Assembly: GCA_964402555.1 (NCBI GenBank) | Contig: CAYOCT010000004.1 | Span: 4,124-68,123, forward strand | Length of the DNA: 64,000 nucleotides | Direction of reading: 5' to 3' | Origin: an uncultured Nitrospiraceae bacterium | Lineage (GTDB): Bacteria > Hydrogenedentota > Hydrogenedentia > Hydrogenedentales > SLHB01 | Part shown: in pieces, positions 17,572 to 26,198 of the stretch | Numbering within the stretch: position 1 is the stretch's first letter | How the letters are laid out: each line of letters begins with the position of its first letter | Program-made: the position numbers and the translations under genes | Notes under the pieces: model-generated | What the model saw: only the letters and a program-made list of their open reading frames with translations | Told to the model about the DNA's origin: nothing | Database searches by the model: none

Positions 17572-19494
17572 TTACAGCACGTCCGTCGCGATGGTGTACA
17601 CCGCGACGTCGTGATACGCGCCGTGCAAGTACAACGCCTCGCGCTGAACGCCTGCCTGGGTGAAGCCGGCCGATTCGAGAAACGCGCGCAGCCCGGCCTC
17701 TTTCGATGACACGGGCGTCATCAACCGCCGGATCGCCTGTTGGCCGCCGGCCTCTTTCAGGATCGCGCGAAAGCCTTTGCGCACCGTGTCGGACGCGTAG
17801 TCAGCCGGGTCGCGCATGAAGATCCACGCGGTGGCCGTGCCGGGCAAGAGTTCGGGGCGCAGGCGCAGCAGGCCGAACGCCTCGCCGTTGCGCCGGGTCA
17901 GGATGAGTTCGGTCTCGATCGGGCGCGGATGCAGCGCGTCCATTTCGCGGTCGTACTTCGTGCCGAGCAAGAGGCCGCTCTCGTGGCATAGGAAATACGC
18001 CGACTCGCTCCAGTTCTCCCATTGGACCAGCATCTCGGCGTCGGCCTCTTCGATGGGCCGCATGCCGACGGTCATCGTGAGCGCCGCGCGCGCGATCGTT
18101 AAGAGCGACGGCTTGCCTCGGTGCCCGAGTTGTTTGTAGACACGCTCGAAGTTGACGCCCGAAGCCGACAGAATCTGGAACGCGGATACCGCGGCTTCCA
18201 TCCACGCGCGCTGCATGCCGCACCACGGCGCATGCGGCGTCCGGAACGAACCTGACAAAGCATGATGTACCGCGGCCGTGCCGCCTCCGCAGAGGTTGCG
18301 CGCCCAGCACGTCATGCACGCCTGCGTCGTCAGGGCGCCCATGTCATCGAATTGGCGGATGCGGCTCTCGTCGCACACGCCCTCCGCCAGCGAGCCGATG
18401 CGGAACGCGTCGATCCCTTTCATGCGAAGCGACGGATAGATGCCGCCCTGTTCGTCCACGGCCAATTCCTGCGTGCCCGCGGGATCGGAGCGGCGCAACG
18501 GCGTGCCCATGTAAATGCGGTAGAACAAGGACGCGATCGGGTCGAGGCGGAAATCGTGACGCCGCAGCAGACATTGCGCGTAATACACGGCGGAACGTTC
18601 GAGTCCCTCGAGCATGCTCTGCGGATCGAGATCGGGATGCGCGGCAAACGCGGAGTCCAGGTCGAGTTCGATAAACCCGAACCCCGCTTCGTCGAGCGCC
18701 TGCACCGCGCCGCCGTAGGAGGGATGGTCCGGGCGCACGATGATCTGCCCGACGACGCCGGGCGCGTCGGGCTGAAGGATCTTCGAGAGCCGCGCCAGCG
18801 TTTCGCCGGACGCTTTTGCGAGCGCGCGCACATGCGGCGCGGCTTCCTGCGCATCCTGAAACGCGAGGCGGACGTCGACCGTATGGCCGTTCAGAGCTTC
18901 CGGCAGCCGCGCTACGTCGAGGCCGGTCACGCGTACCGACACCGTCAGTTGTTTGCCAGCCACCTTCGCGGACTTCAGGGCAAACGCGCACAACTCCGCG
19001 ATTAGGTCGGGGTTCTCGACGCGCTTGTCCTCGACGAATTCGAGGTGCAGTTCCTTCTGCGCCTCGGAACGCGCGAGCAGCAACGCGACGGCGTCGCGCG
19101 CGAGGTCGCGGCTCGCGGGCAACGGCGCGGGAGACGTGCGTCCGAACCATTGGCGGCGCGCCTGCTCGGCCTTGGGTTCCTCGCGCGACAACGACAGCGA
19201 CATCTGTTTCACGCCGCGTTCGATATCGTAGATCTTGAGGATGTCTTCGCGTTTGGGCGTGGCGAGGATCGACTTGGTGGCTCGCAGCCACTCGAGTTCG
19301 CCGACGACTTCCTCGAGTTCCTTGCGACTATGCTTGGATTCCAGCAGACAATAGATGCGATTGACGGACGTCTGCGGATAGAGGTCCAGCACGTCCCACG
19401 AGATGGGATCGCACTCGAAACAGAAACAGCTCTCCGGGTCCATGGCGAACCGTTTGCCGTCCCGTTCGAAACGATGCAGGAACTCGCGCGGCAT
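17572..19494 (-). CDS. SPASM/twitch-type Cys-rich domain protein with a C-terminal GNAT-like domain and no canonical radical-SAM CxxxCxxC triad
   Basis: ORF 17572..20148 was trimmed to the Met at 19494 (MPREFLHRFERDGKRFAMDPESCFCFEC...), whose ATG overlaps the TGA stop of the upstream permease (ATGA). A SPASM-like motif is present: ACMTCWARNLCGGGTAAVHH...PWCGMQRAWMEA (CxxCx5CGGG). The C-terminal ~200 aa (MRPIEEADAEMLVQWENW...EALYLHGAYHDVAVYTIA) is GNAT-like. The N-terminus has only an unusual C-x-C-x2-C (CFCFEC). Confidence 0.6.
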   Translation of the reverse strand: MPREFLHRFERDGKRFAMDPESCFCFECDPISWDVLDLYPQTSVNRIYCLLESKHSRKELEEVVGELEWLRATKSILATPKREDILKIYDIERGVKQMSLSLSREEPKAEQARRQWFGRTSPAPLPASRDLARDAVALLLARSEAQKELHLEFVEDKRVENPDLIAELCAFALKSAKVAGKQLTVSVRVTGLDVARLPEALNGHTVDVRLAFQDAQEAAPHVRALAKASGETLARLSKILQPDAPGVVGQIIVRPDHPSYGGAVQALDEAGFGFIELDLDSAFAAHPDLDPQSMLEGLERSAVYYAQCLLRRHDFRLDPIASLFYRIYMGTPLRRSDPAGTQELAVDEQGGIYPSLRMKGIDAFRIGSLAEGVCDESRIRQFDDMGALTTQACMTCWARNLCGGGTAAVHHALSGSFRTPHAPWCGMQRAWMEAAVSAFQILSASGVNFERVYKQLGHRGKPSLLTIARAALTMTVGMRPIEEADAEMLVQWENWSESAYFLCHESGLLLGTKYDREMDALHPRPIETELILTRRNGEAFGLLRLRPELLPGTATAWIFMRDPADYASDTVRKGFRAILKEAGGQQAIRRLMTPVSSKEAGLRAFLESAGFTQAGVQREALYLHGAYHDVAVYTIATDVL

Positions 19495-20345
19495 CAATAG
19501 GCCCCCAGCGTCCCCTTGCTGCGGCTCCAGTTCTCGAGAATCTTGAAGAGCGAGATGCCCACGAGCGTCCAGAACACACAACTGATCATCAGAAAGTAGA
19601 ACGACGGATGCGCGAACACGGAACCGGCCACGGTTTCGCCCGCGCTGTTCACGTGGGTCTGGCCCTGGATGAGCACATATTTCAGGCAGATGGCCGCGTC
19701 GGTGATCGGCAGCGCGTGCGCCATCAAACGCCACACGATGCGCCAGCTCTCGACTTTGTCGGTCGCGAGGATCGCCAGGAACAACAACACCATCCGTACC
19801 AGAACCGCCACTTGGCCCGCTTGTTTGAACACGAGCACCAGTCCGCCGACCATGAAACCGAATCCGATCAGATTGAAATACGCCAGCCCGAGCAGCACGG
19901 CTGTGGGCACAAAATCGGCGTGGAGCGTGCCCTTGACGCTTTTCGCGATCAGCCAGATCATCAGCGCGGAACTCAGGATGTTCGTGACGGAACTCACGAT
20001 CGAGCGCGCCATAAAGTTCGTGACCAGTCCGTGCGGGCTCATGCAGAGCTGTTCGAGCTGGCCGCTCTGCGCGAGTTCTTGCAGGCCCTGCGTGAACATG
20101 CCGACGATTGCGAATGCGTACATGCCGACGATCAGGCCGAGCGCCCAATTGGTCGCGGCCTGGCCGCTGGACATAAACTTCGACGCCATCTCGTCGACCG
20201 CGGGACCGCTGGACATAACGCCGAACACCAGCAGCAACAACATGCCGTAGCCAATGAACAGGCCCGTGAGCGTGCGGAACCAGTACCGCCGCATGATGAT
20301 CCAGTTGCGGACCATCTCCGCTTTCATGACTAGAAAGAAACCCAT
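19494..20345 (-). CDS. ABC-2 type transporter permease
   Basis: 283-aa polytopic membrane protein with about six hydrophobic segments. It lies directly downstream of the ABC ATPase. Confidence 0.8.
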   Translation of the reverse strand: MGFFLVMKAEMVRNWIIMRRYWFRTLTGLFIGYGMLLLLVFGVMSSGPAVDEMASKFMSSGQAATNWALGLIVGMYAFAIVGMFTQGLQELAQSGQLEQLCMSPHGLVTNFMARSIVSSVTNILSSALMIWLIAKSVKGTLHADFVPTAVLLGLAYFNLIGFGFMVGGLVLVFKQAGQVAVLVRMVLLFLAILATDKVESWRIVWRLMAHALPITDAAICLKYVLIQGQTHVNSAGETVAGSVFAHPSFYFLMISCVFWTLVGISLFKILENWSRSKGTLGAY

Positions 20346-20397
20346 GCGCCTCCGTGTTCGATCGAAGCGCCCATTATCGTCCGCTTCGCATGCTTCA

Positions 20398-21432
20398 TCA
20401 TTCGCCCTTCCCGCTCTTGGTCAGGCGCAGGAAGACGCTTTCCAGCGACTGCTGCCGTTCGTTTATCGAGCGCAGCCCATAGCCGCGCGCGCGCAACCGC
20501 TCGACCGTGCCGTATAGCGCCTCGCTTCGGAGGTCCGTGCCGGGGTCGACCCAAATGGTCAGCACCGGCGTTTCATCCACCGTCGAAACCTGGGCGTTGC
20601 GCACGCCGGGAACATCGTCGAGATCCGATGGCTCGGGCGCGCGATCGAGTTTGAATTCGAAGACCTGGTCCGAGAAAAGTTCGAGGAGTTCCGTTTTGGG
20701 CTTGCACGCCACGAGCACGCCGTGGTTGATGATCGCGATGCGGTCGCAGATCTCCTGGGCCACGTTCATGTCGTGCGTCGTCACGAGCACGCTCTTGCCC
20801 TGCGTGCGCGTCATCTCGATGACCTTGTCCTTGATGTTCCGGCTGCTCTGCACGTCGAGTCCGGTCGTTGGTTCGTCGAGCAGCAGGACCGGCGGATCCG
20901 CGATCAGCGCGATGCAAATCGCGAGCTTCTGCTTTTCGCCGCGCGAAAGCTGGCGCACCTGGATATTCATCTTGTCTTTGAGGCCGATGAACGCGAGCAA
21001 GTCGGCCGCGCGGCCCTTCAGCACGCGCCCGCGCACGTCCTTCAGGTTGCCGTAGTAGATAAGGTTCTCCATCGGCGTGAGCGGCCAGATGCTCGTGCGC
21101 GTGCCTTCGAGCACCACGCCGACGCGTTTCAAGACCTGCAGGCGCTTCCGCTCGACGTCCATGCCGTCCACGTACACCGTGCCGCCATCGGGCTTGACGA
21201 GCCCCGAGATCATCTTCACGGTCGTCGTCTTGCCCGCGCCGTTCGGGCCGAGCAGGCCGAACACTTCTCCGGGACGAATCCCAAAACAGATGTCCTTTGC
21301 GGCGTGGACAACTTGCCGCTTGTAGAAGGAGCGCTGTCCCGTATCGGTGTCGCGCTGGAAAAAGTGATGCGTCGTGAACAGCTTGTCCACGTGGTCGATC
21401 TCAACCAGATACGATGAATCCGTCATGCGCAC
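20398..21432 (-). CDS. ABC transporter ATP-binding protein (DrrA/ABC-2 exporter type)
   Basis: 344-aa ORF with Walker A (GLLGPNGAGKTTT), the ABC signature (LSRGEKQKL), Walker B (VLLLDEPTTGLD) and an H-loop (TTHDM). Confidence 0.9.
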   Translation of the reverse strand: MRMTDSSYLVEIDHVDKLFTTHHFFQRDTDTGQRSFYKRQVVHAAKDICFGIRPGEVFGLLGPNGAGKTTTVKMISGLVKPDGGTVYVDGMDVERKRLQVLKRVGVVLEGTRTSIWPLTPMENLIYYGNLKDVRGRVLKGRAADLLAFIGLKDKMNIQVRQLSRGEKQKLAICIALIADPPVLLLDEPTTGLDVQSSRNIKDKVIEMTRTQGKSVLVTTHDMNVAQEICDRIAIINHGVLVACKPKTELLELFSDQVFEFKLDRAPEPSDLDDVPGVRNAQVSTVDETPVLTIWVDPGTDLRSEALYGTVERLRARGYGLRSINERQQSLESVFLRLTKSGKGE

Positions 21433-22316
21433 TCCACGAAACGATTTGCGGGCGCGGGCGCGGCGTCAGGCCCGCCCACGTACTCCAGGCACGCGATGCT
21501 CATAGGCAGCACGGGCAGCACCAGGAAGACCAGCAGGCGCTCGCCCTGTGTCAGTTCGGCTTCGCGGGCGGCCGCCTCTTCGCTCTCGAGTTCGTCCACC
21601 CGGATCAGGTATTCCAGAAACGCGATCTCGATATTGCGCACCGCGTGGATCACGATCACGAGGATGAGGCTTCCCGTCGCATAATACAGCGCCCCGAGCG
21701 CGATCGCGAATGCGAAGAACTCGCCCGATTGCAGCGCCGAATTCCGGAAGAAGTGCTCGTGCACGAGCGAAAACGCGATAGCCACGATCACGATGCCGAG
21801 CATGGGGCTTCCCGTCGCGGCGATGGCCAGCGGCTGCGCGCCGACGCGGTAGATGAGTTCCTCGGAAACGCTCACCACGATGAACTGCATGAGCACGCGC
21901 GGACTCTCGACGGCGAAATTCCAGAGCGATCCAAAATCGACGAAGTGCACCGCCGCCGCACTCACCGACCGTTGCGTGATCAGCAGGCTGATGCCGAAGA
22001 TGAGGTGCCCCGCGAGCAGCCCGAGGGCAATGTATACCGGGGAGATGAGATGGCGCGAAAACACGCCCATGTGGCTGCCGAAGTAACATGCCAGCGCGAA
22101 TAGCGCGCTCTGCGCGTAGGCTGCGATCACGGCGTGCCGGCGCGCCGCGCGCTGCAATCCGGTACAACACACGACCAGAAACGGCGGGATTGACAGCGTG
22201 AACGTGGCCAGCGAACCCTGGGCCTCTTGGCCGGGCTTGCCGCGCCGTGCCATCGCCATCGCGAACGCGATGTAGACGGCCAGGGCCGCGAGGAATACGG
22301 CGCCGGCGGCGTTCAC
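21423..22316 (-). CDS. CPBP family intramembrane metalloprotease (CAAX protease / Abi type)
   Basis: 297-aa polytopic ORF carrying the three CPBP motifs: EELIYR (EExxxR), FSLVHEH (FxxxH) and HAVRN (HxxxN). It overlaps the start of the ABC ATPase gene by 10 nt. Confidence 0.8.
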   Translation of the reverse strand: MNAAGAVFLAALAVYIAFAMAMARRGKPGQEAQGSLATFTLSIPPFLVVCCTGLQRAARRHAVIAAYAQSALFALACYFGSHMGVFSRHLISPVYIALGLLAGHLIFGISLLITQRSVSAAAVHFVDFGSLWNFAVESPRVLMQFIVVSVSEELIYRVGAQPLAIAATGSPMLGIVIVAIAFSLVHEHFFRNSALQSGEFFAFAIALGALYYATGSLILVIVIHAVRNIEIAFLEYLIRVDELESEEAAAREAELTQGERLLVFLVLPVLPMSIACLEYVGGPDAAPAPANRFVECA

Positions 22317-22966
22317 CGCGAAGGCTCCGGCGCATCGGCGCCCAAGGCGGCCACGGCCTGCCGGTCCTCGACCATCGAACGGAACAAGGTCCCCGTGGCC
22401 GCGGCGTGTTTCTGGCGGAATGCGTCAAACTCCGAACGCAACAGGCCGTATCCGTATACGTCGAACAACTCGCCGTCGCGCGCGACGTGCCGCGGCAGCG
22501 TGAGTTCCCGCGTCGCGCCAACCTTCTCGATGATGCGCCACGAGGCCGTGTTAAACGCATAGATAAACGCGGCGACGCGGTGCAGGTTCAGTTCGTCGAA
22601 GCAGTACTCCATGGCCCGGAAGAACGCGATGCCCGTCACGAGGCGGTTGCGCAATTTCTTGTTGCCGATGTAGAGGTCGATCGAACACGCGCGGTTGCGC
22701 CAGCTCAGGTTCTGCAACGAGAACAGCCCCACCGCGCCGTAGTCGGGCGAATCGATCATGAGATAGATGCCGCCGGGAAGCGTCTGCCCCGTCGAACGGC
22801 CCAGCATCGTGATCACGTGCTCGCGGATTTGCTTAGGCGAGCGCGCCGGGTCGCCGTAGAGAAAGCGCAGGAAATCCTCGTCCTCCATCCACGCGACCAC
22901 TGTGTCCAAGTCGTCGCGTTCGGCGCGGCGCAGATAGGTTCTACTCGTGAGGGGCATGCTCGGCAC
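22313..22966 (-). CDS. GNAT family N-acetyltransferase
   Basis: 217-aa ORF with a GNAT fold pattern (LRRAERDDLDTVVAWMEDEDF... RNRLVTGIAFFRAMEYCFDELNLHRVAAFIYAFNTASWRIIEKVGATRE). ATGA overlap with the CPBP gene. Confidence 0.75.
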   Translation of the reverse strand: MPSMPLTSRTYLRRAERDDLDTVVAWMEDEDFLRFLYGDPARSPKQIREHVITMLGRSTGQTLPGGIYLMIDSPDYGAVGLFSLQNLSWRNRACSIDLYIGNKKLRNRLVTGIAFFRAMEYCFDELNLHRVAAFIYAFNTASWRIIEKVGATRELTLPRHVARDGELFDVYGYGLLRSEFDAFRQKHAAATGTLFRSMVEDRQAVAALGADAPEPSR

Positions 22967-23519
22967 TCCGTGTTCCCGTCCCGGCCTCGGACGCCGCTAC
23001 GGGACGAAACAGCGACAACGTTTCCGCATTATGCCACCGGCCCAGCGTATAGGTCACCTCGCGCTGCACGCCGTTGCTGGCGAACCCGCGCGCGCGAAGG
23101 AACCCAAGCAGGGCCGTCTCGGAATCCATGGCGTGCGCAATAACTTTGTGCAGTTGCTGCTGGGTGAAGGCCTGCCACAGCAAGAACGCAAGCGCCTCTT
23201 CCGCGACCGGACCCTCGTAGTCGGCGGCATCCGATAGCATAATCACGACTTCGCCGTAACGGGCTTCGGTGTTGATGGAGCGAAGCGTGCAGAACCCGCG
23301 AACCATGCCGTCGTGGGTTTCGACCGCGTACATCAACGGGCGTCCCATTTCCTTCTGGGCCAGCACTTCGCGCAGTTCGTCGCACGTGGGAAAGATAGGC
23401 TCGCGGCGATGGTCCATCAGGCAGCAGCGCGGACAGAGCGGATCGTAATAAACATGCATCGCCACGGCGTCGTCAGGTTCCGCGGCGCGGATGATCGTAT
23501 GTTCCCCTCGGATCATGGC
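22941..23519 (-). CDS. GNAT family N-acetyltransferase (RimJ/RimL-like)
   Basis: Part of ORF 22941..23597. The GNAT core (IRAAEPDDAVAMHVYYDP ... GFCTLRSINTEARYGEVVIMLSDAADYEGPVAEEALAFLLWQAFTQQQLHKVIAHAMDSETALLGFLRARGF) is clear. The start is ambiguous: Met 23597 or the internal MIRGEHT at 23519. Confidence 0.7.
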   Translation of the reverse strand, partial: AMIRGEHTIIRAAEPDDAVAMHVYYDPLCPRCCLMDHRREPIFPTCDELREVLAQKEMGRPLMYAVETHDGMVRGFCTLRSINTEARYGEVVIMLSDAADYEGPVAEEALAFLLWQAFTQQQLHKVIAHAMDSETALLGFLRARGFASNGVQREVTYTLGRWHNAETLSLFRPVAASEAGTGTRSAEHAPHE

Positions 23520-23646
23520 GAACGTCCCATACCTCAGGAGTTCCCCCCACCGGCCCAATGGGGGAACGGCCGGACTCGGCTGCCTGAGAAAAAACACGCC
23601 GGGACTTCAAGCTCTGGAGCCCCGGCGCCGAACGTAGTCCTTCGGC

Positions 23647-23826
23647 TTACCCAATACTGAGTTCGTTCTTCTTCTGTACAACGAAGTCCCCGAACGCCTT
23701 CCAGATCGCGTTAAGGAAATCGCTCTTGGCATCGGCAAAGTCAGGTTCCGCACGGAACGCGCCGCCCGCGCGGCGGGTGGCCATTCTGGAACGGACAACC
23801 GAGACTTTTCCTAAATGTTTCATCAT
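23647..23826 (-). CDS. small peptide A (59 aa; MMKHLGKVSVVRSRMATRRAGGAFRAEPDFADAKSDFLNAIWKAFGDFVVQKKNELSIG), divergent member of the tandem MKH[LV]-peptide family
   Basis: Internal Met of ORF 23647..23865. On the coding strand GGAGACAT sits directly 5' of ATGATGAAACATTTA, giving a strong SD. It shares only the MKHL N-terminus with peptides B-D and lacks their hydrophobic Pro-containing C-terminal segment; its C-terminal half instead looks amphipathic and helical. Confidence 0.5.
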   Translation of the reverse strand: MMKHLGKVSVVRSRMATRRAGGAFRAEPDFADAKSDFLNAIWKAFGDFVVQKKNELSIG

Positions 23827-23952
23827 ATGTCTCCGCATGGTTGGGCAATCTACCCGCCTAGCCATTTTCTACTTCATAGCGAATCCCGGTAAGCGCCCAG
23901 CGGCGCCGCCCTTGGAAGTGCGTTCACGAACTCTGCGCTACGGTCCGAACCG

Positions 23953-24102
23953 TCAGGTTACGATGGTCAGCTTCGCCGACAGGATCGGCTTCAGGGCGCT
24001 CAGTACGGCCACAACGAAATCGACGACCAGAGTCCAAGGGAATGAGGTGGTCTCAGTGGTGGCGTGGCTTGGGGTCCGGGTGATACTGCGAACGTGCTTC
24101 AT
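23953..24102 (-). CDS. small peptide B (49 aa; MKHVRSITRTPSHATTETTSFPWTLVVDFVVAVLSALKPILSAKLTIVT)
   Basis: Internal Met of ORF 23953..24174, with AACGGAGGAAACATTGTTATG (SD GGAGGA, 9-nt spacer). It is a paralog of peptides C and D: a hydrophilic N-terminal ~22 aa followed by a ~25-aa hydrophobic segment with a central AL(K/A/V)PI(L/V) motif. Confidence 0.55.
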   Translation of the reverse strand: MKHVRSITRTPSHATTETTSFPWTLVVDFVVAVLSALKPILSAKLTIVT

Positions 24103-24271
24103 AACAATGTTTCCTCCGTTGTTACCCGCGTGGTTGGCTTCCGCGCCTTGGGTCTGCCCCACGCATGAACCCACTCGACCACGGAAGCTATCCTATACTT
24201 TTACGATTTCCAAGTCAAGCCGTGTGCGCACTTTCGAGCGATCGAGACCGGAGACGCGGCGAGCGTCGCAA

Positions 24272-24424
24272 TCAGCTCGCCGTTTCCGAAGGCTTCAGCG
24301 CCACTACCGCGCTCAGAATGGGCGCCAGCGCCGCCAGAATCTGCAGGAACAGCGTGAGTCCGTCCAGCGGGCTCTGCTCGAACCACGTCAACTCGGCCTT
24401 CGATATGGGCTTGAGATGTTTCAT
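24272..24424 (-). CDS. small peptide C (50 aa; MKHLKPISKAELTWFEQSPLDGLTLFLQILAALAPILSAVVALKPSETAS)
   Basis: Internal Met of ORF 24272..24499. A purine-rich GGAAGGA lies ~12 nt upstream. The first ~30 nt of its coding sequence align with those of peptide D (atgaaRcatctSaaRccSatMtcgaaggcSsagt). Confidence 0.55.
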   Translation of the reverse strand: MKHLKPISKAELTWFEQSPLDGLTLFLQILAALAPILSAVVALKPSETAS

Positions 24425-24520
24425 TCGCTTGACGTCCTTCCATCCGCGCACAGACACGCGCACCCCTGCGGCGGAGCCACGCCCCGCGCCGTGCGGCATC
24501 GTATCGCGGCAGGCCTTCCG

Positions 24521-24670
24521 CTACTCGGCCGGCTGCTTCTTCGTGGCCGATGCGTCCAGAATCAGGGTCACGATGGGCACCAGCGCCGTGACCATCGAGG
24601 TAATCAGCGTGATGATATCGGTCGTCGACACGCTCGACTGCGCCTTCGAGATCGGTTTCAGATGCTTCAT
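24521..24670 (-). CDS. small peptide D (49 aa; MKHLKPISKAQSSVSTTDIITLITSMVTALVPIVTLILDASATKKQPAE)
   Basis: Internal Met of ORF 24521..24769, with AAAGGAAATCCAACGAACATG upstream. It is the first gene of the minus-strand operon. A ~320-bp divergent promoter region lies upstream. Confidence 0.55.
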   Translation of the reverse strand: MKHLKPISKAQSSVSTTDIITLITSMVTALVPIVTLILDASATKKQPAE

Positions 24671-24991
24671 GTTCGTTGGATTTCCTTTCGTTTTGGTCCG
24701 CAACGCTCCATAGGCGGACGTAAGCTGCAACAGTGGTCCCAGTGTACTCCACATAATGGCGCGTTGCAAATTCCCGCCTGGTTTCTCTTAGTATACCGGC
24801 CTCGATGCCAAGTGTTTCATCCGCGGGGAAACTCCCGGATCCCACGTCCATGCTACCTGCGACTCTGGCCCCAGAGCATCCGTTGAGCTACAATACCGCC
24901 TGCCGCATGTCATGAGGATAACGCCAACGGTATGCGGAGCGTTGACAGCCGCGCCGGGGTCCGGTTGGCGCCGGCGATTGAGGGATAAGGA

Positions 24992-25897
24992 ATGCGCCCT
25001 GACGATTCGGGATACAGCCGCCGCGATTTCATGCGCGCCGCCGCGGGCGCGGCGTGTGCCGGCGCCGCGGTCGAAAGTCCAAGCACGTATGCCGCGGCCG
25101 TTCTCGAGCCGGCGCCTGCGCGCTCGCGAGTGGTCTTGGCTCGTGATGCCGCCGTGTTCGATGCCGCGGGCCGTGTCAATGCCGCCGTTGTCCAACGCAT
25201 GCTGGATGCCGGAGTCGCGTCGCTGATGGAAACGGACTGCGCCATGGCATGGCGCCGGATCGCCGGCCCGGGCGATATCGTAGGCGTCAAGACGAACCGC
25301 TGGGAGCACCTGCCAACGCCCGCCCCCGTCGAGGACGCGATCGCGCGCCGTATCGCCGAGGCCGGCGTGTCCTCGAATGCGATCGCCGTTGACGACGCCG
25401 GTGTCCGGACGAATCCTGTGTTCCGAAACGCAACCGCGCTCGTCAACGTCCGGCCGATGCGGACTCATCCTTGGGCGGGTGTTGCGACCCTGGTGCAGAA
25501 CTACCTGGCGTTTGCGGAATGTCCGGCGCAGTGGCATCGCGATGACTGCGCCGACGCCGCGGGCGTGTGGGATTTGCCCGAAGTCCGAGGCAAGACGCGG
25601 CTGAATGTCCTTGTGCTGTTCGCGCCTCTGTTTCACGGCACGGCTCCGTATCATTTTGATGCTCGATACACGTGGGCGTACAACGGAATGATTCTAGGCG
25701 TCGATCCGGTGGCCTGCGACATGGTCGGGCTGCGAATTCTCGAAGCGAAACGCCGCGAGTACTTTGGGCGGGACGTGCCCTTTCCCGTGCCTCCCGCACA
25801 CCTCCGCGCCGCGTCCGAGAAGTATCGCCTCGGCGAAGCGGATTTCGCGCGCATCAATCTGGTCCGGATCGGACCGAGTGACGACAGCCTGGTCTAG
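24992..25897 (+). CDS. DUF362 domain-containing protein with a Tat signal
   Basis: 301-aa ORF with a twin-arginine motif (SRRDFMRAAAGAACAGAA) and the conserved DUF362 C-terminal region (YNGMILGVDPVACDMVGLRILEAKRRE). It is divergent from the peptide operon. Confidence 0.6.
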   Translation: MRPDDSGYSRRDFMRAAAGAACAGAAVESPSTYAAAVLEPAPARSRVVLARDAAVFDAAGRVNAAVVQRMLDAGVASLMETDCAMAWRRIAGPGDIVGVKTNRWEHLPTPAPVEDAIARRIAEAGVSSNAIAVDDAGVRTNPVFRNATALVNVRPMRTHPWAGVATLVQNYLAFAECPAQWHRDDCADAAGVWDLPEVRGKTRLNVLVLFAPLFHGTAPYHFDARYTWAYNGMILGVDPVACDMVGLRILEAKRREYFGRDVPFPVPPAHLRAASEKYRLGEADFARINLVRIGPSDDSLV

Positions 25898-26198
25898 CCG
25901 CAACAAATGCCGCCCAACGCATCCGTTTCTCGCAATTAGGGCCACGCGGCTATGGACACGGCGAGGCCTTACGGGTATAATGCGAACAGGAGTCACAGGA
26001 GTCGCGACTTTGCTGTGCAGTTCTGGCGGCGAGGCGCCTTGCCGAAGTACCCACGTACGCATGCAAGTGGTAACGTGGTTCGCAGTGCCAAGGTAGTTCC
26101 CTCCACCTTTATCTCAGCAAATCCTCGCGCGGGGACCGCATGCCCGCGTTCCCCGATGACATGCCGGACGCAACAGTCCGCGCTGAGGAGGTAGTGCC

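Noticed and set aside
19495-20148. The N-terminal 218 aa of the 858-aa ORF 17572..20148
   Set aside because: This part overlaps the ABC-2 permease gene in another frame and is Arg-rich nonsense. An internal Met at 19494 creates an ATGA stop/start overlap with the permease and begins the recognisable protein.
24788-25654. 288-aa minus-strand ORF in the peptide-operon upstream region
   Set aside because: It is antisense to the DUF362 gene, which has a Tat signal and a conserved C-terminal block, and it has no features of its own.
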